Origin: a virus
Taxonomy: Duplodnaviria; Caudoviricetes
Virus record (IMG/VR): IMGVR_UViG_3300032223_002681
Location: 1 to 49,089 of that record
DNA length: 49,089 nucleotides
Reading direction: 5' to 3' (one strand)
Part shown: positions 1-9,702 of the stretch, one piece after another
Layout of the letters: every line of letters begins with the position of its first letter
How positions within the stretch are numbered: position 1 is the first letter of the stretch
Position numbers and translations under genes: made by a program
Notes under the pieces: generated by a model
Database searches by the model: none
Seen by the model: only the letters and a program-made list of their open reading frames with translations
Told to the model about the DNA's origin: nothing

Positions 1-354
1 CGCTCGTGAACTTTTATTGAATGTGCGCGATCGGGAACATTCGGGTAACCACTCGATGAATTTTGAAGTTTACTACTCATTGGTGGTAAATGTGTTGTAC
101 TACATTTCAATGGTAACTCTTGAAAGAAAAAATGGGTACTTTTTCTGACAAAAACACAAAACCCCCGACCAGCGCATCAGGATGCTGGCCGAGGGCTTTG
201 CAGAGAACAATCGACAAGCGCGGTGTTATGCTGACCGGGTCGGTAGGTGAACTATTCAGTATTGCTTGATAGTTGGCAAGCGGTTCGTGTGTCATAGGAA
301 ACTTGTAGGGTATTTATCCTATTTACATAAAAAGTCTCCACAACAGATTTGTTA

Positions 355-384
355 TTGACATTGTGTCTCTTCTGCGACTATTTG
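355..384 (+). promoter_or_regulatory. possible sigma70-type promoter upstream of terS
   Basis: Perfect -35 TTGACA at 355-360, but only a weak -10 (TATTTG, 18-bp spacing), in an AT-rich intergenic region before the first + strand gene. Confidence 0.35.
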
Positions 385-426
385 TCACACATTTCTAAAT
401 CGAACCTATAAATCTGCCCCGCGTTT

Positions 427-969
427 ATGCCCACTCTTTCAAATCCGCGTTACGAAAAATTTGCAATCCTGATAGCCGACGGTAAAACCCCCGCGGAGGC
501 TTACAAAATCTTATACCCGGCGAACAAGTATCCTCACCAGTCGTCATACAAGCTTTCTCGGGAGCCCGAGGTCGAGGCTAGGATTTCTGAGTTCCGGGAG
601 GAGGTTGCCCTGCGAGCTGTCATGGACCTCAGCCAGAAGCGCGAGGTGCTGCGGCAGATGGCGCTAGGCATGACGCCGACCAAAACCTTCAACAAGGATA
701 CCGGCGAGACCTTTGACTGTCTGGCCGCGCTGCTTGCGGACGCCAAGATCGCCGGCGAGTTTGCGCCTGAGAAGCTGCAGATCAACTCAGCTTCCGACCT
801 GAAGCTGCTCTTCAACGTTCCGCACAGGGATGTGGTCGATGCCGAGCTGGTCACCTTGCCGGATCCGCAAAAGGCGCTTGGCGCGGGTGAGGTTGTCGAG
901 GTGGCGCCGGAAACCTCCGCCTCCGGCGAAGATTCAGAAAAATGGGACAGCGCCCCACCGTCAGAGTAA
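427..969 (+). CDS. terS: terminase small subunit
   Basis: N-terminal HTH-like LSNPRYEKFA...GKTPAEAY...Y followed by a helical oligomerisation segment; lies immediately upstream of terL. Confidence 0.8.
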   Translation: MPTLSNPRYEKFAILIADGKTPAEAYKILYPANKYPHQSSYKLSREPEVEARISEFREEVALRAVMDLSQKREVLRQMALGMTPTKTFNKDTGETFDCLAALLADAKIAGEFAPEKLQINSASDLKLLFNVPHRDVVDAELVTLPDPQKALGAGEVVEVAPETSASGEDSEKWDSAPPSE

Positions 970-1012
970 AATGCACGCGCTTTTTGCCCACGTTGTAATA
1001 CTTTTTGTAACT

Positions 1013-1027
1013 CGTTGATAATCAACG
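1013..1027. repeat. perfect 7-1-7 palindrome CGTTGAT-A-ATCAACG
   Basis: Read directly in the terS-terL intergenic gap. Confidence 0.85.
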
Positions 1028-1062
1028 GTAGCAATTATTCATAATGCGTGTTATCTGATGTT

Positions 1063-2937
1063 ATGAATCCCGTAGCAGCCACACCCCTGATCGAGAAGCT
1101 CCTCGGGGTCGCCACCAAGATCCGAGAGGAGGCCGACCGAGACGAGGACCGCGGCATCCTGTACGCTGCCCACTGGATCCTCACGCACCTCACCGCAAAC
1201 CCCCCGCAATCGCTCGAGCTTGACCCAGAAATCGCCCGGAACGTGGTTTGGGGGTACGTGGACAATCTCCTGCAGGGCGACCAGTTTGAGGCCGCGGCAA
1301 CGATCCTCTGGGGCGCTGACGTGTACGACTGGCGCCCGAGCAGCTCCCGGGAGGTGTGGCGCAACCTGTTCGGTGAGGACAAGCTGCTGGTGCAGGGTGC
1401 CGGCGCTATGGGGAAGAGCTTTGGTGCCGCGGCGTGGTTCTACCTGAGCTGGATGCAGGATCCCTGCAACACGTCGATCAAGGTCATCTCCCTGACCGCC
1501 GAGCACGCGGAGCGAAACATCTTCGCCTCGATCAAGAACTTCCACCGCACCGCACTGGTCAAGCCGCCAATGCCCGACAGCGAGGATCTGGTCAAGAGCA
1601 TTCAGGCCAACACCGACAGCAAGCAGGGCATCCACCTCGTGGCTATCCCGAAAGGCGAGTCAGGCTTCGGCGTGCTCCGCGGATTCCACCCGTCGCCACG
1701 CAACGGTCGCACCCACGCCCGATTTGGCAAGCTGACCCGCAACTTCGTCATCCTTGACGAGGCCGAGGAGATCCCCGCTGGCGTCTGGGAAGGCGTCAAC
1801 AACCTATGCTCGACGATGACCCGGGAGAACGCCGGCCATATCAAGGTGTTCGCAGCCAGCAACCCGAAGGACCGCACCAGCCATTTCGGCAAGCTGTGCG
1901 AACCGAAGCGCGGCTGGGGTTCGATCGACTGCGAGGATGATCTGGAGTGGACCAGCCGGGACGGTTGGCACGTGCTCAGGCTCGACGCTGCCCGCAGCGA
2001 GAACGTCCGCGAGAAGCGAGTCGTCTACCCCGGACTGCAGACCTACGAGGGCTTCATGAATTACGAGAGCCGCGGGCGCACCGGCGAGTACTACACGATG
2101 GCCCGGGGTTGGTTCCCGCAGGAGGGTGTCAGCATGGCGATCATGACGCCGGCCATGATGGACAACGCGGTCGGCATCGTGCGCTTCACCGGGCCGGTCG
2201 TGCCCCTCGCCAGCTTCGATCTTGCGCTCGAGGGAAACGACCAGCTCATGTGCACCTACGGACGCTTCGGGCTGAGCGACGGATGGACGCCGCTCTCCGG
2301 AAAGTTCGAGTCGTTCGACAAGCCGCGGGTCGTCATCCAGATTGACAGCCAGATGCCGTTCCCAAAAGGCGACACGGTCAAGCAGACGCAGGCTATCATG
2401 CGCTTCTGCAACCAGATGAAGATCGGCGCCGGCTGGACGTGCGTCGATCGCACTGGCAACGGCAGCGGCGTGCACGACAACCTGAAGAACCTCTTTGGTA
2501 CCGAGGTTATGGGGGTGAACTACTCGGAGATGGCCACCGACACGCACGTGCTCGGGGACGAGACCAAGAAGGCCAACGAGATGTACCACGGCGTGGTGAC
2601 TGAATTGATCTTCGGCTTGGCCAAGTTCCTCGAGTTCGGGTACCTCAAGATCAGCCCGGGCTTCCGGCACGAACAGCTTGTGCGCGAGGCGACTGGCCGG
2701 AGGTACAAGCAGAAGGGACGGGGGCTTGTGCGCGTGGAGAGCAAGGCCGAGTACTGCAAGCGCACCCGGCAGAAGTCGCCCGACGCACTTGACTCGCTGA
2801 GTCTTTTGGTGTTTCTGTTCCGCCAGCGCTCAGGCAGCGTACCGACCATGACGACACCCAAACCCGATACCCGACGCCGAGTCGAGGGTCCGATGAAGCG
2901 CATCGAAAAGATGGAGTTTGTGGATTTCAGCGAATGA
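1063..2937 (+). CDS. terL: terminase large subunit
   Basis: Walker A GAGAMGKS, Walker B VILDEAEE, motif III ASNP, and RNase H-like nuclease acidic motifs (FDLALEGND, VDRTGNG, SPDALDS). ATG at 1063 preferred over GTG at 1048. Confidence 0.92.
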   Translation: MNPVAATPLIEKLLGVATKIREEADRDEDRGILYAAHWILTHLTANPPQSLELDPEIARNVVWGYVDNLLQGDQFEAAATILWGADVYDWRPSSSREVWRNLFGEDKLLVQGAGAMGKSFGAAAWFYLSWMQDPCNTSIKVISLTAEHAERNIFASIKNFHRTALVKPPMPDSEDLVKSIQANTDSKQGIHLVAIPKGESGFGVLRGFHPSPRNGRTHARFGKLTRNFVILDEAEEIPAGVWEGVNNLCSTMTRENAGHIKVFAASNPKDRTSHFGKLCEPKRGWGSIDCEDDLEWTSRDGWHVLRLDAARSENVREKRVVYPGLQTYEGFMNYESRGRTGEYYTMARGWFPQEGVSMAIMTPAMMDNAVGIVRFTGPVVPLASFDLALEGNDQLMCTYGRFGLSDGWTPLSGKFESFDKPRVVIQIDSQMPFPKGDTVKQTQAIMRFCNQMKIGAGWTCVDRTGNGSGVHDNLKNLFGTEVMGVNYSEMATDTHVLGDETKKANEMYHGVVTELIFGLAKFLEFGYLKISPGFRHEQLVREATGRRYKQKGRGLVRVESKAEYCKRTRQKSPDALDSLSLLVFLFRQRSGSVPTMTTPKPDTRRRVEGPMKRIEKMEFVDFSE

Positions 2938-2943
2938 AACTTT

Positions 2944-3017
2944 TACCCTGTAGTGTAATGGTAGCACAGCAGACTTTGACTCTGCTCGTCATGGTTCAAG
3001 TCCATGCGGGGTAGCCA
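2944..3017 (+). tRNA. tRNA-Gln (anticodon UUG)
   Basis: Acceptor stem TACCCTG/CGGGGTA, D-arm TAGTGTAATGGTAGCAC, anticodon arm GCAGA-CTTTGAC-TCTGC, T-arm CATGG-TTCAAGT-CCATG, encoded 3' CCA. Confidence 0.96.
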
Positions 3018-3032
3018 ACCTTTCTGATTGAC

Positions 3033-3641
3033 ATGGGCTTACAAATAACTTACGACCCTCCCGTGGCTAAACCAATCCAAGGTATCGTGCCGCCCGGAGG
3101 ATTCCACTACTTCCAAGGCGACGTGCGACTCAACGCGGACACGATGAACGATCTTTACAAGAAGGTCACCGACTATCGTGCCGAGAACGCGCTGCCCAAC
3201 AACACAACCAAAGAAGACGTTGACAACTACGTCTGCGGCCACTTCCCAGACTACTGCCACACCGTTGACTCGGTGACCGTGCGCCAAGTCGTGACCGGAA
3301 CAAAGATGGGCGAGCTCATGGGGGACATCCAAGTCTGGGCAAAGAACATCCTCTCTTCTACCAGCGAACACCCGCTTGTGGGAGACGAGCTGGCCGAGGC
3401 CCGGGCTCAGATTTGTGGCAAATGCCCGTACAACGTCAACTGGCGCGGAGGGTGTAATTCTTGCATTGCTGCAACTGATCGCTTGTCAGCGAGCGTAAGA
3501 CAGGCTAGAGAAACTACCTCAACCCCCGTCCTCGGAGGCTGTTCGATCCTGCGCCACGACAACCGTGCCGCTGTCTTTATGCAGCCCGAGGATCTCGCAA
3601 TCTCCTCCGACACTCCCGACTTCTGCTGGCTAAACAAATAA
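3033..3641 (+). CDS. Cys-rich (probable Zn-binding) hypothetical phage protein
   Basis: ARAQICGKCP, CNSC, GC and terminal CW motifs; tightly packed between the tRNA and the portal gene. Confidence 0.7.
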   Translation: MGLQITYDPPVAKPIQGIVPPGGFHYFQGDVRLNADTMNDLYKKVTDYRAENALPNNTTKEDVDNYVCGHFPDYCHTVDSVTVRQVVTGTKMGELMGDIQVWAKNILSSTSEHPLVGDELAEARAQICGKCPYNVNWRGGCNSCIAATDRLSASVRQARETTSTPVLGGCSILRHDNRAAVFMQPEDLAISSDTPDFCWLNK

Positions 3642-3647
3642 AATCCT

Positions 3648-6068
3648 ATGGCAAACGTACTCAAGCCCCTCGACCCTTCTATCAGCGACGCCTACGCGCA
3701 CCGTGCGCCGAAGATCAAGGAGCCGCACGACCGTCCTGAAATTCTAAAGCTCGATATTGTCAACCCGACCAGTTCGGAGATTGACACGGTCAACAAGGAC
3801 ACGCTTCAGGTACGTCGCACCTTCAAGGATGCCGCGGGAGCTTGGAGCGCCTACCGCCGGCTCAAGCAGCAGAACGTCGAGCGCAACAAGAAAAACCAGC
3901 TCATCCAGCGCAAGCTCAACAACGAGACCCCCTACAAGCCAAAGTATCTTGAGAGCATGGGGCAGGATTGGAGGAGCAACCGTCCGACAGGATTTCTTTC
4001 GACAATGGTGTCGAGGATTCAGCCTCCGTTCCGTTCGGTCATTGAGCAGGCCACCTACCTCACTTATGCCTCCTACCCGATCGAGTCGGTGGACGCCGAG
4101 CACAAGACGAAAGTTTTCCGCGAGGAGATTACCAAAACCATCCGTAGCTGGAGGGGCTGGGACGACTTGATCGCCCAGACGACCCACGAGAACACGACCT
4201 TTGGCTTCTGTGGCTGGGTGTGGGACGACCTGCGGGATTGGAAGCCTGAGTTCATGCGTCAAGACTACACGTTCTTTTCAATCGAGACCCCTCAGGAGGC
4301 GGGGCAGACCCCGATCTTTGGGCGCAAACGTCGCTATCAAATATGCGACCTGCTGCCGGTGCTTGAGAGCCCCCAGCTTTCGGCAGCCGCCGGATGGCAT
4401 ATCAACAACTTGGTTAAGGCGATCAACAACGCGATCCCCGCGGGTCGTACGCTTGATTCAGACGACGATGCCCGCCGGTATGAGGATTGGATCCGAGAGG
4501 GCAGCTACGGCGCCAGTTACGAGAACGATGCCAAGTACGTTGAGCTCGGAGAGATTTTTGTAAGGGAGCCAAACGGCAAGGTTTCCCGCTTCCTGTTTGA
4601 CGACAAGAGCGGAGATGAGATTTGCACGCAGCTTGACCGTTTCAACGGGATGGCTGAATGCTTGGCAATTTTTGCCGTGGAAGTCGGCAGCGGGTCACTC
4701 ATGTCCAGCCGTGGTGCAGGTCGCGATCTGTACAACACACACGTCGCCGTGGACAAGGCCCGTAACCTCGTCGTGGACAACGTCTATCTCAAGGGAATGC
4801 TTCTGCTGAGGAAGGGACCGAACGCCAAGCCGGGAGTTCCCCCGCTTACGGTCATGCACCCGGTGGCCTATGTCTCCGAAGGGTACGAAGTGATTCCTAC
4901 CCAGCTCCCCGCGGACGTGGACGACTTCCTCAGGCTCGACCAATTCATCAGCGGACTGGCCGAGATTCAGATCGGAACCTTCCTCCCCGGGGAACCCCTC
5001 GGTGAGAAGCAGGGAAAGCGGACGGCCAGCGAGGTCAACCGCGTCGCAGCCATTGAGAACCAGCTCCGCGAGGGTATCCTCATGCGCTGGAGCAAGCAGG
5101 TGTCCCGCGGTGTGGAGCGCATCCAGCGCGGTATCTGCCACCCCGAGCACGTCAAGGCCGCAGCCGACCTGAAGGGCCTGCTTGACGCGGCAAGGCAGCA
5201 GGGAGTGGCCGAGGCTGTCTGGGCACGACGCGAGGTCGTGGACTCCTTTGACCGAAGCTACATGGAGCTTCCCCGGTTTATGGTACCCTTTGAGGTACCT
5301 CCTCACCTTAACGAGGAAGCAATCGCATGCTGCCTCAACATGATGGAGCGTAACGTTCCGGCCTCCGACATTCTGCTCATGGCCTACAGCTCCGCGGTGG
5401 AGCTCATGCCGGACACTACGGCTCAGGATGCACAGCTCCTCGATCTCACGATCCAGCGCTATGCCGGCAACCCGAACGTCAACCAAGACGAGCTTATGAA
5501 GCTTGACATCAGCCGCAAGCTTGGGGAGGAAATCGCCAACACACTGATCCTGCCTAAGGATCAAGTCGAAGCACTGGCGATCGAGGCTACCCGTCAGCAG
5601 GTGATTGAGTTGCAGTCGATCATGGCCGGTCAGGATGTTCCCGTCAGTCCCCGCGACAACGACATGGTCCATATCCAGACAATGGCGCAGAAGCTGCTTC
5701 CGCTTATCTCGAATGCTCCGCAGGGGTCTCTTACCCCCGAGTTGGTGCAGCCTCTCACCCAAGCAATCAAACACTTCGCCGGCCACCTCCAACAAGCGGA
5801 GGCAAAGGGCACGCCTTCAAAGATGCTGGCGCCGTTCCATCAGGCGATGGACCAAGCCGTACGCCACCTTACCAACGGACAGGTCAAGGGCGTACCCAAA
5901 AACGTAACCCCGGCAGCCGCGCACCATCAGGCACCCCGCGGACACGGGCGTGCGCCTCAGGTCCACCACCCCACCGCGCAGGCCGTAGGCATGGCTTCCC
6001 AAAGCCCCGGGCAGGAGAATATGGTTGACAATATCGCCAATCCTCCTAAACCTCCCACCGCAGCTTAA
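3648..6068 (+). CDS. portal protein
   Basis: 806 aa following terL; RTASEV motif, helical C-terminal barrel with DNDMVHIQ, and a low-complexity tail typical of podovirus portals. Confidence 0.8.
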   Translation: MANVLKPLDPSISDAYAHRAPKIKEPHDRPEILKLDIVNPTSSEIDTVNKDTLQVRRTFKDAAGAWSAYRRLKQQNVERNKKNQLIQRKLNNETPYKPKYLESMGQDWRSNRPTGFLSTMVSRIQPPFRSVIEQATYLTYASYPIESVDAEHKTKVFREEITKTIRSWRGWDDLIAQTTHENTTFGFCGWVWDDLRDWKPEFMRQDYTFFSIETPQEAGQTPIFGRKRRYQICDLLPVLESPQLSAAAGWHINNLVKAINNAIPAGRTLDSDDDARRYEDWIREGSYGASYENDAKYVELGEIFVREPNGKVSRFLFDDKSGDEICTQLDRFNGMAECLAIFAVEVGSGSLMSSRGAGRDLYNTHVAVDKARNLVVDNVYLKGMLLLRKGPNAKPGVPPLTVMHPVAYVSEGYEVIPTQLPADVDDFLRLDQFISGLAEIQIGTFLPGEPLGEKQGKRTASEVNRVAAIENQLREGILMRWSKQVSRGVERIQRGICHPEHVKAAADLKGLLDAARQQGVAEAVWARREVVDSFDRSYMELPRFMVPFEVPPHLNEEAIACCLNMMERNVPASDILLMAYSSAVELMPDTTAQDAQLLDLTIQRYAGNPNVNQDELMKLDISRKLGEEIANTLILPKDQVEALAIEATRQQVIELQSIMAGQDVPVSPRDNDMVHIQTMAQKLLPLISNAPQGSLTPELVQPLTQAIKHFAGHLQQAEAKGTPSKMLAPFHQAMDQAVRHLTNGQVKGVPKNVTPAAAHHQAPRGHGRAPQVHHPTAQAVGMASQSPGQENMVDNIANPPKPPTAA

Positions 6069-6081
6069 CGCAAGCCTAAAC

Positions 6082-6525
6082 ATGGGAGGATCCTACGCCA
6101 ATACTACTGCCGCTCAACAGGCCCTAAACGGGCTTGGGGTTCCCGCGGCTGGAATTATTGCCGGAGTCGGTCAGCGTCTTGGCAACATGGAGCCCGCAAA
6201 GCTTGAGACGGCACAAACCATGCAGCGCATGGCTCCGGTAAATTTACCCGACCAAAAAAAGGAAACGTATCAAGCTCCGGTTGAAGGTCCTATCCGCAAC
6301 ATGGCCTACATCAATGCGGAGGCTGCCGCACCGCTCACGGCCAAAGACAAGGCCGACAAACAACACGAAGCCCAACAGCTTGAGCAGTTTTCCACTTTGT
6401 TTTCTAATCAAGATTCCCCAAACCCAACGGGCAGGGATGCTTCTTTAAGTGAGTACATGAAGGCAAAAACTTACAAAAAGCCTCTCAATGCCGGAACGGC
6501 AGATTATCCGGACGGGAGGAACTAA
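6082..6525 (+). CDS. hypothetical protein (possibly virion-associated)
   Basis: In-frame ATG at 6082 after the portal stop; Ala/Gln-rich; fills the operon. Confidence 0.65.
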   Translation: MGGSYANTTAAQQALNGLGVPAAGIIAGVGQRLGNMEPAKLETAQTMQRMAPVNLPDQKKETYQAPVEGPIRNMAYINAEAAAPLTAKDKADKQHEAQQLEQFSTLFSNQDSPNPTGRDASLSEYMKAKTYKKPLNAGTADYPDGRN

Positions 6526-6528
6526 ACT

Positions 6529-7041
6529 ATGGGGGGAGTTTCCGCCAATCACGTACCGGGATCGACTCCGGCAGATCAGCAGTACAAGGGTACGCTGCTG
6601 CCGGATCCTGCCCAAAAGTCTTGGTACCGTGATGACGGGTCATTGAAGGGAACCGGCTATCTTGGGATGATGCAGCGCCGTGACGGGTCGAATCAATACT
6701 CTGGTGAGATTTCAGTCGGCGTTGACCGCAAAGATTTCGGACCGGTTGGGAAGAATGCCCCGCTATCAAGCGAAGGGTACGTTGACATTCCGCAGATGGT
6801 TCCCGGGTTAAACCGTAACGAAATCGATTTTCTTCTGGATGTTCCGGTAAATCAGCAGTTCAAAGATAACCCAAAACTTGCTATACAAATACAGGACAAA
6901 GCGCTAGAGTTCGCAAAGCAGAGACTCGCTCAGGGCAAACCAATCTTTGCTTCTCCTAGCGAGTCAATGATGGCCGCACCTCGCATGAGGTACAAACCAA
7001 CACTATCATCAGAACAAGCAATAGACGCCGGTTTACAATAA
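6529..7041 (+). CDS. conserved-looking hypothetical phage protein
   Basis: Globular segment RDDGSLKGTGYLG...EISVGVD...IPQMVPGL...FAKQRLAQGKPIF; starts 3 bp after the previous stop. Confidence 0.7.
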   Translation: MGGVSANHVPGSTPADQQYKGTLLPDPAQKSWYRDDGSLKGTGYLGMMQRRDGSNQYSGEISVGVDRKDFGPVGKNAPLSSEGYVDIPQMVPGLNRNEIDFLLDVPVNQQFKDNPKLAIQIQDKALEFAKQRLAQGKPIFASPSESMMAAPRMRYKPTLSSEQAIDAGLQ

Positions 7042-7044
7042 TTT

Positions 7045-7284
7045 ATGGAATGGACATCAGCGGACTCCGTGAATCTACGGAAGTTCGATCAAGCAACGGG
7101 AGCTAAGCTTCGCGCTTATCTCAGGACACGCGTCCCCCAACTCAAGGGGGACACGATTGAGGCTGTGGCACTTTCTTCAAAAGAAAAGGCCGGCGCTGAA
7201 TATATCTTAAACGTCATCGACGAACTTCTCTCGGAGACAAAACTTCCAACCGATGGATCCGGAACCGGATTCACCACCATGTAA
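7045..7284 (+). CDS. small hypothetical head-module protein
   Basis: 79 aa helical ORF packed between neighbours with 3-bp gaps, in the usual position before a scaffold gene. Confidence 0.7.
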   Translation: MEWTSADSVNLRKFDQATGAKLRAYLRTRVPQLKGDTIEAVALSSKEKAGAEYILNVIDELLSETKLPTDGSGTGFTTM

Positions 7285-7287
7285 TTT

Positions 7288-8616
7288 ATGAGCACCGAAG
7301 AAAACGAAAACATAGTACCCGACAACGGAGTGGCAGGATTTGGGGCTCCCCGCCTTGATCCCGACCCCGTAGATGACAGCTTCCTCGATGAGTTTGACAA
7401 GCTTGACGATGAGGCACTCGCAAGGACCGAGGAAGCAACTTCCCCTGCCCCTGAGCAAACCCCGCAACTGGAGGAGAGCCCTACCGACGACGAAAATTTT
7501 CTCCACGACGGCCTAAACAACAACCAAACGCAAACCAATGAAAGCAATAATTCAACACCTCCTGAGGATCCTACTGCCCCCGGCGACAAAGCTCCTGAGC
7601 CTGAGCAACCCGTCCAACACTCAGAAGACATTGACCCAGAAATCGCCGCGATCGAACCGCCGCGCAACCTCAGCGAGTCGAATCAAAGCAACTGGAAAAA
7701 ACTTCAAGAGACAGCCTCCCGCTACAAAAAAGAAGCCCTTGAAGCGGAGCAACTCCGCCAAAGGGTAACCCAGCTTGAGCAGAGCCCTGCCCAAACCCCC
7801 GCGGATTACGAAGAGCTCAGGAAGTTCAGGCAGATTTTTGATCTTAAAAACGACCCCGAGCTCAAGACCAAGTACGAGACCCCGATTTCCGAGGCAAAGG
7901 AAAGTATCTATTCCATCCTTCGCAAGAATGGGGCGTCTGATGAAACGATAGCTTCTATTGAGAAGGTCGGTGGCCCAGATAAAGTTTCCGGGGCTTGGTG
8001 GAAACAGAACGTGCTAGACAAGCTTGAGCTCTTGGATTCCAAGAAGGTTGAGCAGAATTTGCTTGCTGTGGCCGATCTTCGCGAGAAGCAGGAGAAGGAG
8101 TATGCCGACCTCGCGACCCGCGGGGAGGAAATTCTCGAAGCCAAGAAGAACGAAAACCTTAACTGGTATAACCGGGAGACCGAAAGCATCGACAAAACGA
8201 TCACCGATCTAACCAAGGACGTTCCTTGGGCTCGGTACAAAGAAATCCCCGCTAATGCTGCCCGTGAGGAAATTGAAAAGATTCAGAAGCACAACGCAAC
8301 GGTCTCCGACTTACAGCAGAAGTTCCAAGCTTCTCTGTGGCCCACCGACGCTAAATCCCGGACGGAAGTCGCAGCCGCGGCTACCTTTTCCCACGTTCTG
8401 GCTAACCAGCTCAAGGTTGACCAAGCCGCCAAGGCCCAGCTTGAAGCTAGGGTCAAGGCTCTGGAGCAGGAGAACAGCCAGCTCAAGATGGCCGGAAGGA
8501 CCCCCAAACCATCCGCCAATACTACGGCCAATAAAGTTACCGCCACAACCAACGACCGGTGGAAGATGAGCGCTTCAGACGCCATAGACATGGGTCTCGA
8601 TGAGGCTGGACTCTAA
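7288..8616 (+). CDS. capsid scaffolding protein (putative)
   Basis: Very acidic disordered N-terminus, long coiled coils and a short C-terminal helix; lies between portal and capsid genes. Confidence 0.7.
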   Translation: MSTEENENIVPDNGVAGFGAPRLDPDPVDDSFLDEFDKLDDEALARTEEATSPAPEQTPQLEESPTDDENFLHDGLNNNQTQTNESNNSTPPEDPTAPGDKAPEPEQPVQHSEDIDPEIAAIEPPRNLSESNQSNWKKLQETASRYKKEALEAEQLRQRVTQLEQSPAQTPADYEELRKFRQIFDLKNDPELKTKYETPISEAKESIYSILRKNGASDETIASIEKVGGPDKVSGAWWKQNVLDKLELLDSKKVEQNLLAVADLREKQEKEYADLATRGEEILEAKKNENLNWYNRETESIDKTITDLTKDVPWARYKEIPANAAREEIEKIQKHNATVSDLQQKFQASLWPTDAKSRTEVAAAATFSHVLANQLKVDQAAKAQLEARVKALEQENSQLKMAGRTPKPSANTTANKVTATTNDRWKMSASDAIDMGLDEAGL

Positions 8617-8648
8617 AATTTTCTCCGATAAATAAGCCTACCGTCTAA

Positions 8649-9689
8649 ATGAACAGAGACGAGATCAATACCGTCATGATGACGGCGTCCACTAATCCGT
8701 TCGCCGCTCAGGGGCCTGCTACTCAAATGCTCCGAAATGGAGTTCCGGTTGAGCCGGCCCCTCGTCAGTACGACCCAAAGTGGGACGAAGGTGCCGCGAA
8801 ACCAGCCCAAACACCCCCATTAACTCCGGAAAATGTCGATTCTGAATCAAAAAGTGATGTTCCACAGCGTTCCACAGACGATTTAGAGGCGCCCAAGCCG
8901 GCCAGAAATCTCAAAGCTTTGAGACCACCCAAGGCCAAAAAGGAGGAAAAGCCTAGTAATCCGATCCACGAATCACGATCTCCGGAAGGGTTGCCTTCCT
9001 ACCGCTGCGAGTTTGAGGGGCGGGACATTATGGTGGGGTTCCCCTGCTACAAAACAACCAATCCTGTCACCGCGTTTGCGCTGGCGGCGTTGGCCCTAGA
9101 CTTTGGTCGAGAAAAAATCCGGTTCGACATGTCGATCGGGGACGCGATGATCTACCATTCCCGAAACATTCTGGCCCAGAAATTTCTTGAGACCGACGCC
9201 AAGTGGCTACTGATGCTCGACGATGACATCATCCCCTCAATCGGACGCCCCGGATGGCTCCGTTCATGGGTCCCATCCACCCAGTCACTGCCCGACCTCC
9301 CCCTGCAGCGTCACGTTATCCACCGTCTGGTGGGCAGCGGCAAAACCCTGATCGGGGGAGCCTATTTCGGACGCCAAGAGAACGGTGCGCTAATGTGTAG
9401 CGATCTTTCCCTGACCCCGCGGGCGAAAGCTTACGAGGACGCCAACGCACCGGTAGACTGGGTGGCCACCGGGTGCATGCTCGTTCACCGCACGGTGTTT
9501 GAGGACATCCAGAAAAAATTCCCAGAGCTTTCCCCCAAGAAATCCGGGGATGCTTTTGACTTCTTCCATCCAATGTCCAGCAAGGAAGGGGAAGACGTTA
9601 GCTTTTGCAAGCGTGCCAAACAAGCTGGGCATCAACCACACATCGACCTAGGACTCCCCGTGTATCACGTGGGGTACAAGGTCTACTAA
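8649..9689 (+). CDS. GT-A fold (GT2-like) glycosyltransferase with disordered N-terminal extension
   Basis: SRNILAQKFL, WLLMLDDDI (DxD), ATGCMLVHRTVF and GEDVSFCKRAKQAG...HVG match the GT2-like motif series. Confidence 0.85.
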   Translation: MNRDEINTVMMTASTNPFAAQGPATQMLRNGVPVEPAPRQYDPKWDEGAAKPAQTPPLTPENVDSESKSDVPQRSTDDLEAPKPARNLKALRPPKAKKEEKPSNPIHESRSPEGLPSYRCEFEGRDIMVGFPCYKTTNPVTAFALAALALDFGREKIRFDMSIGDAMIYHSRNILAQKFLETDAKWLLMLDDDIIPSIGRPGWLRSWVPSTQSLPDLPLQRHVIHRLVGSGKTLIGGAYFGRQENGALMCSDLSLTPRAKAYEDANAPVDWVATGCMLVHRTVFEDIQKKFPELSPKKSGDAFDFFHPMSSKEGEDVSFCKRAKQAGHQPHIDLGLPVYHVGYKVY

Positions 9690-9702
9690 CCCACAACATA
9701 CT

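Noticed and set aside
107-295. 62-aa minus-strand ORF
   Set aside because: No motif or operon context; probably non-coding sequence upstream of terS.
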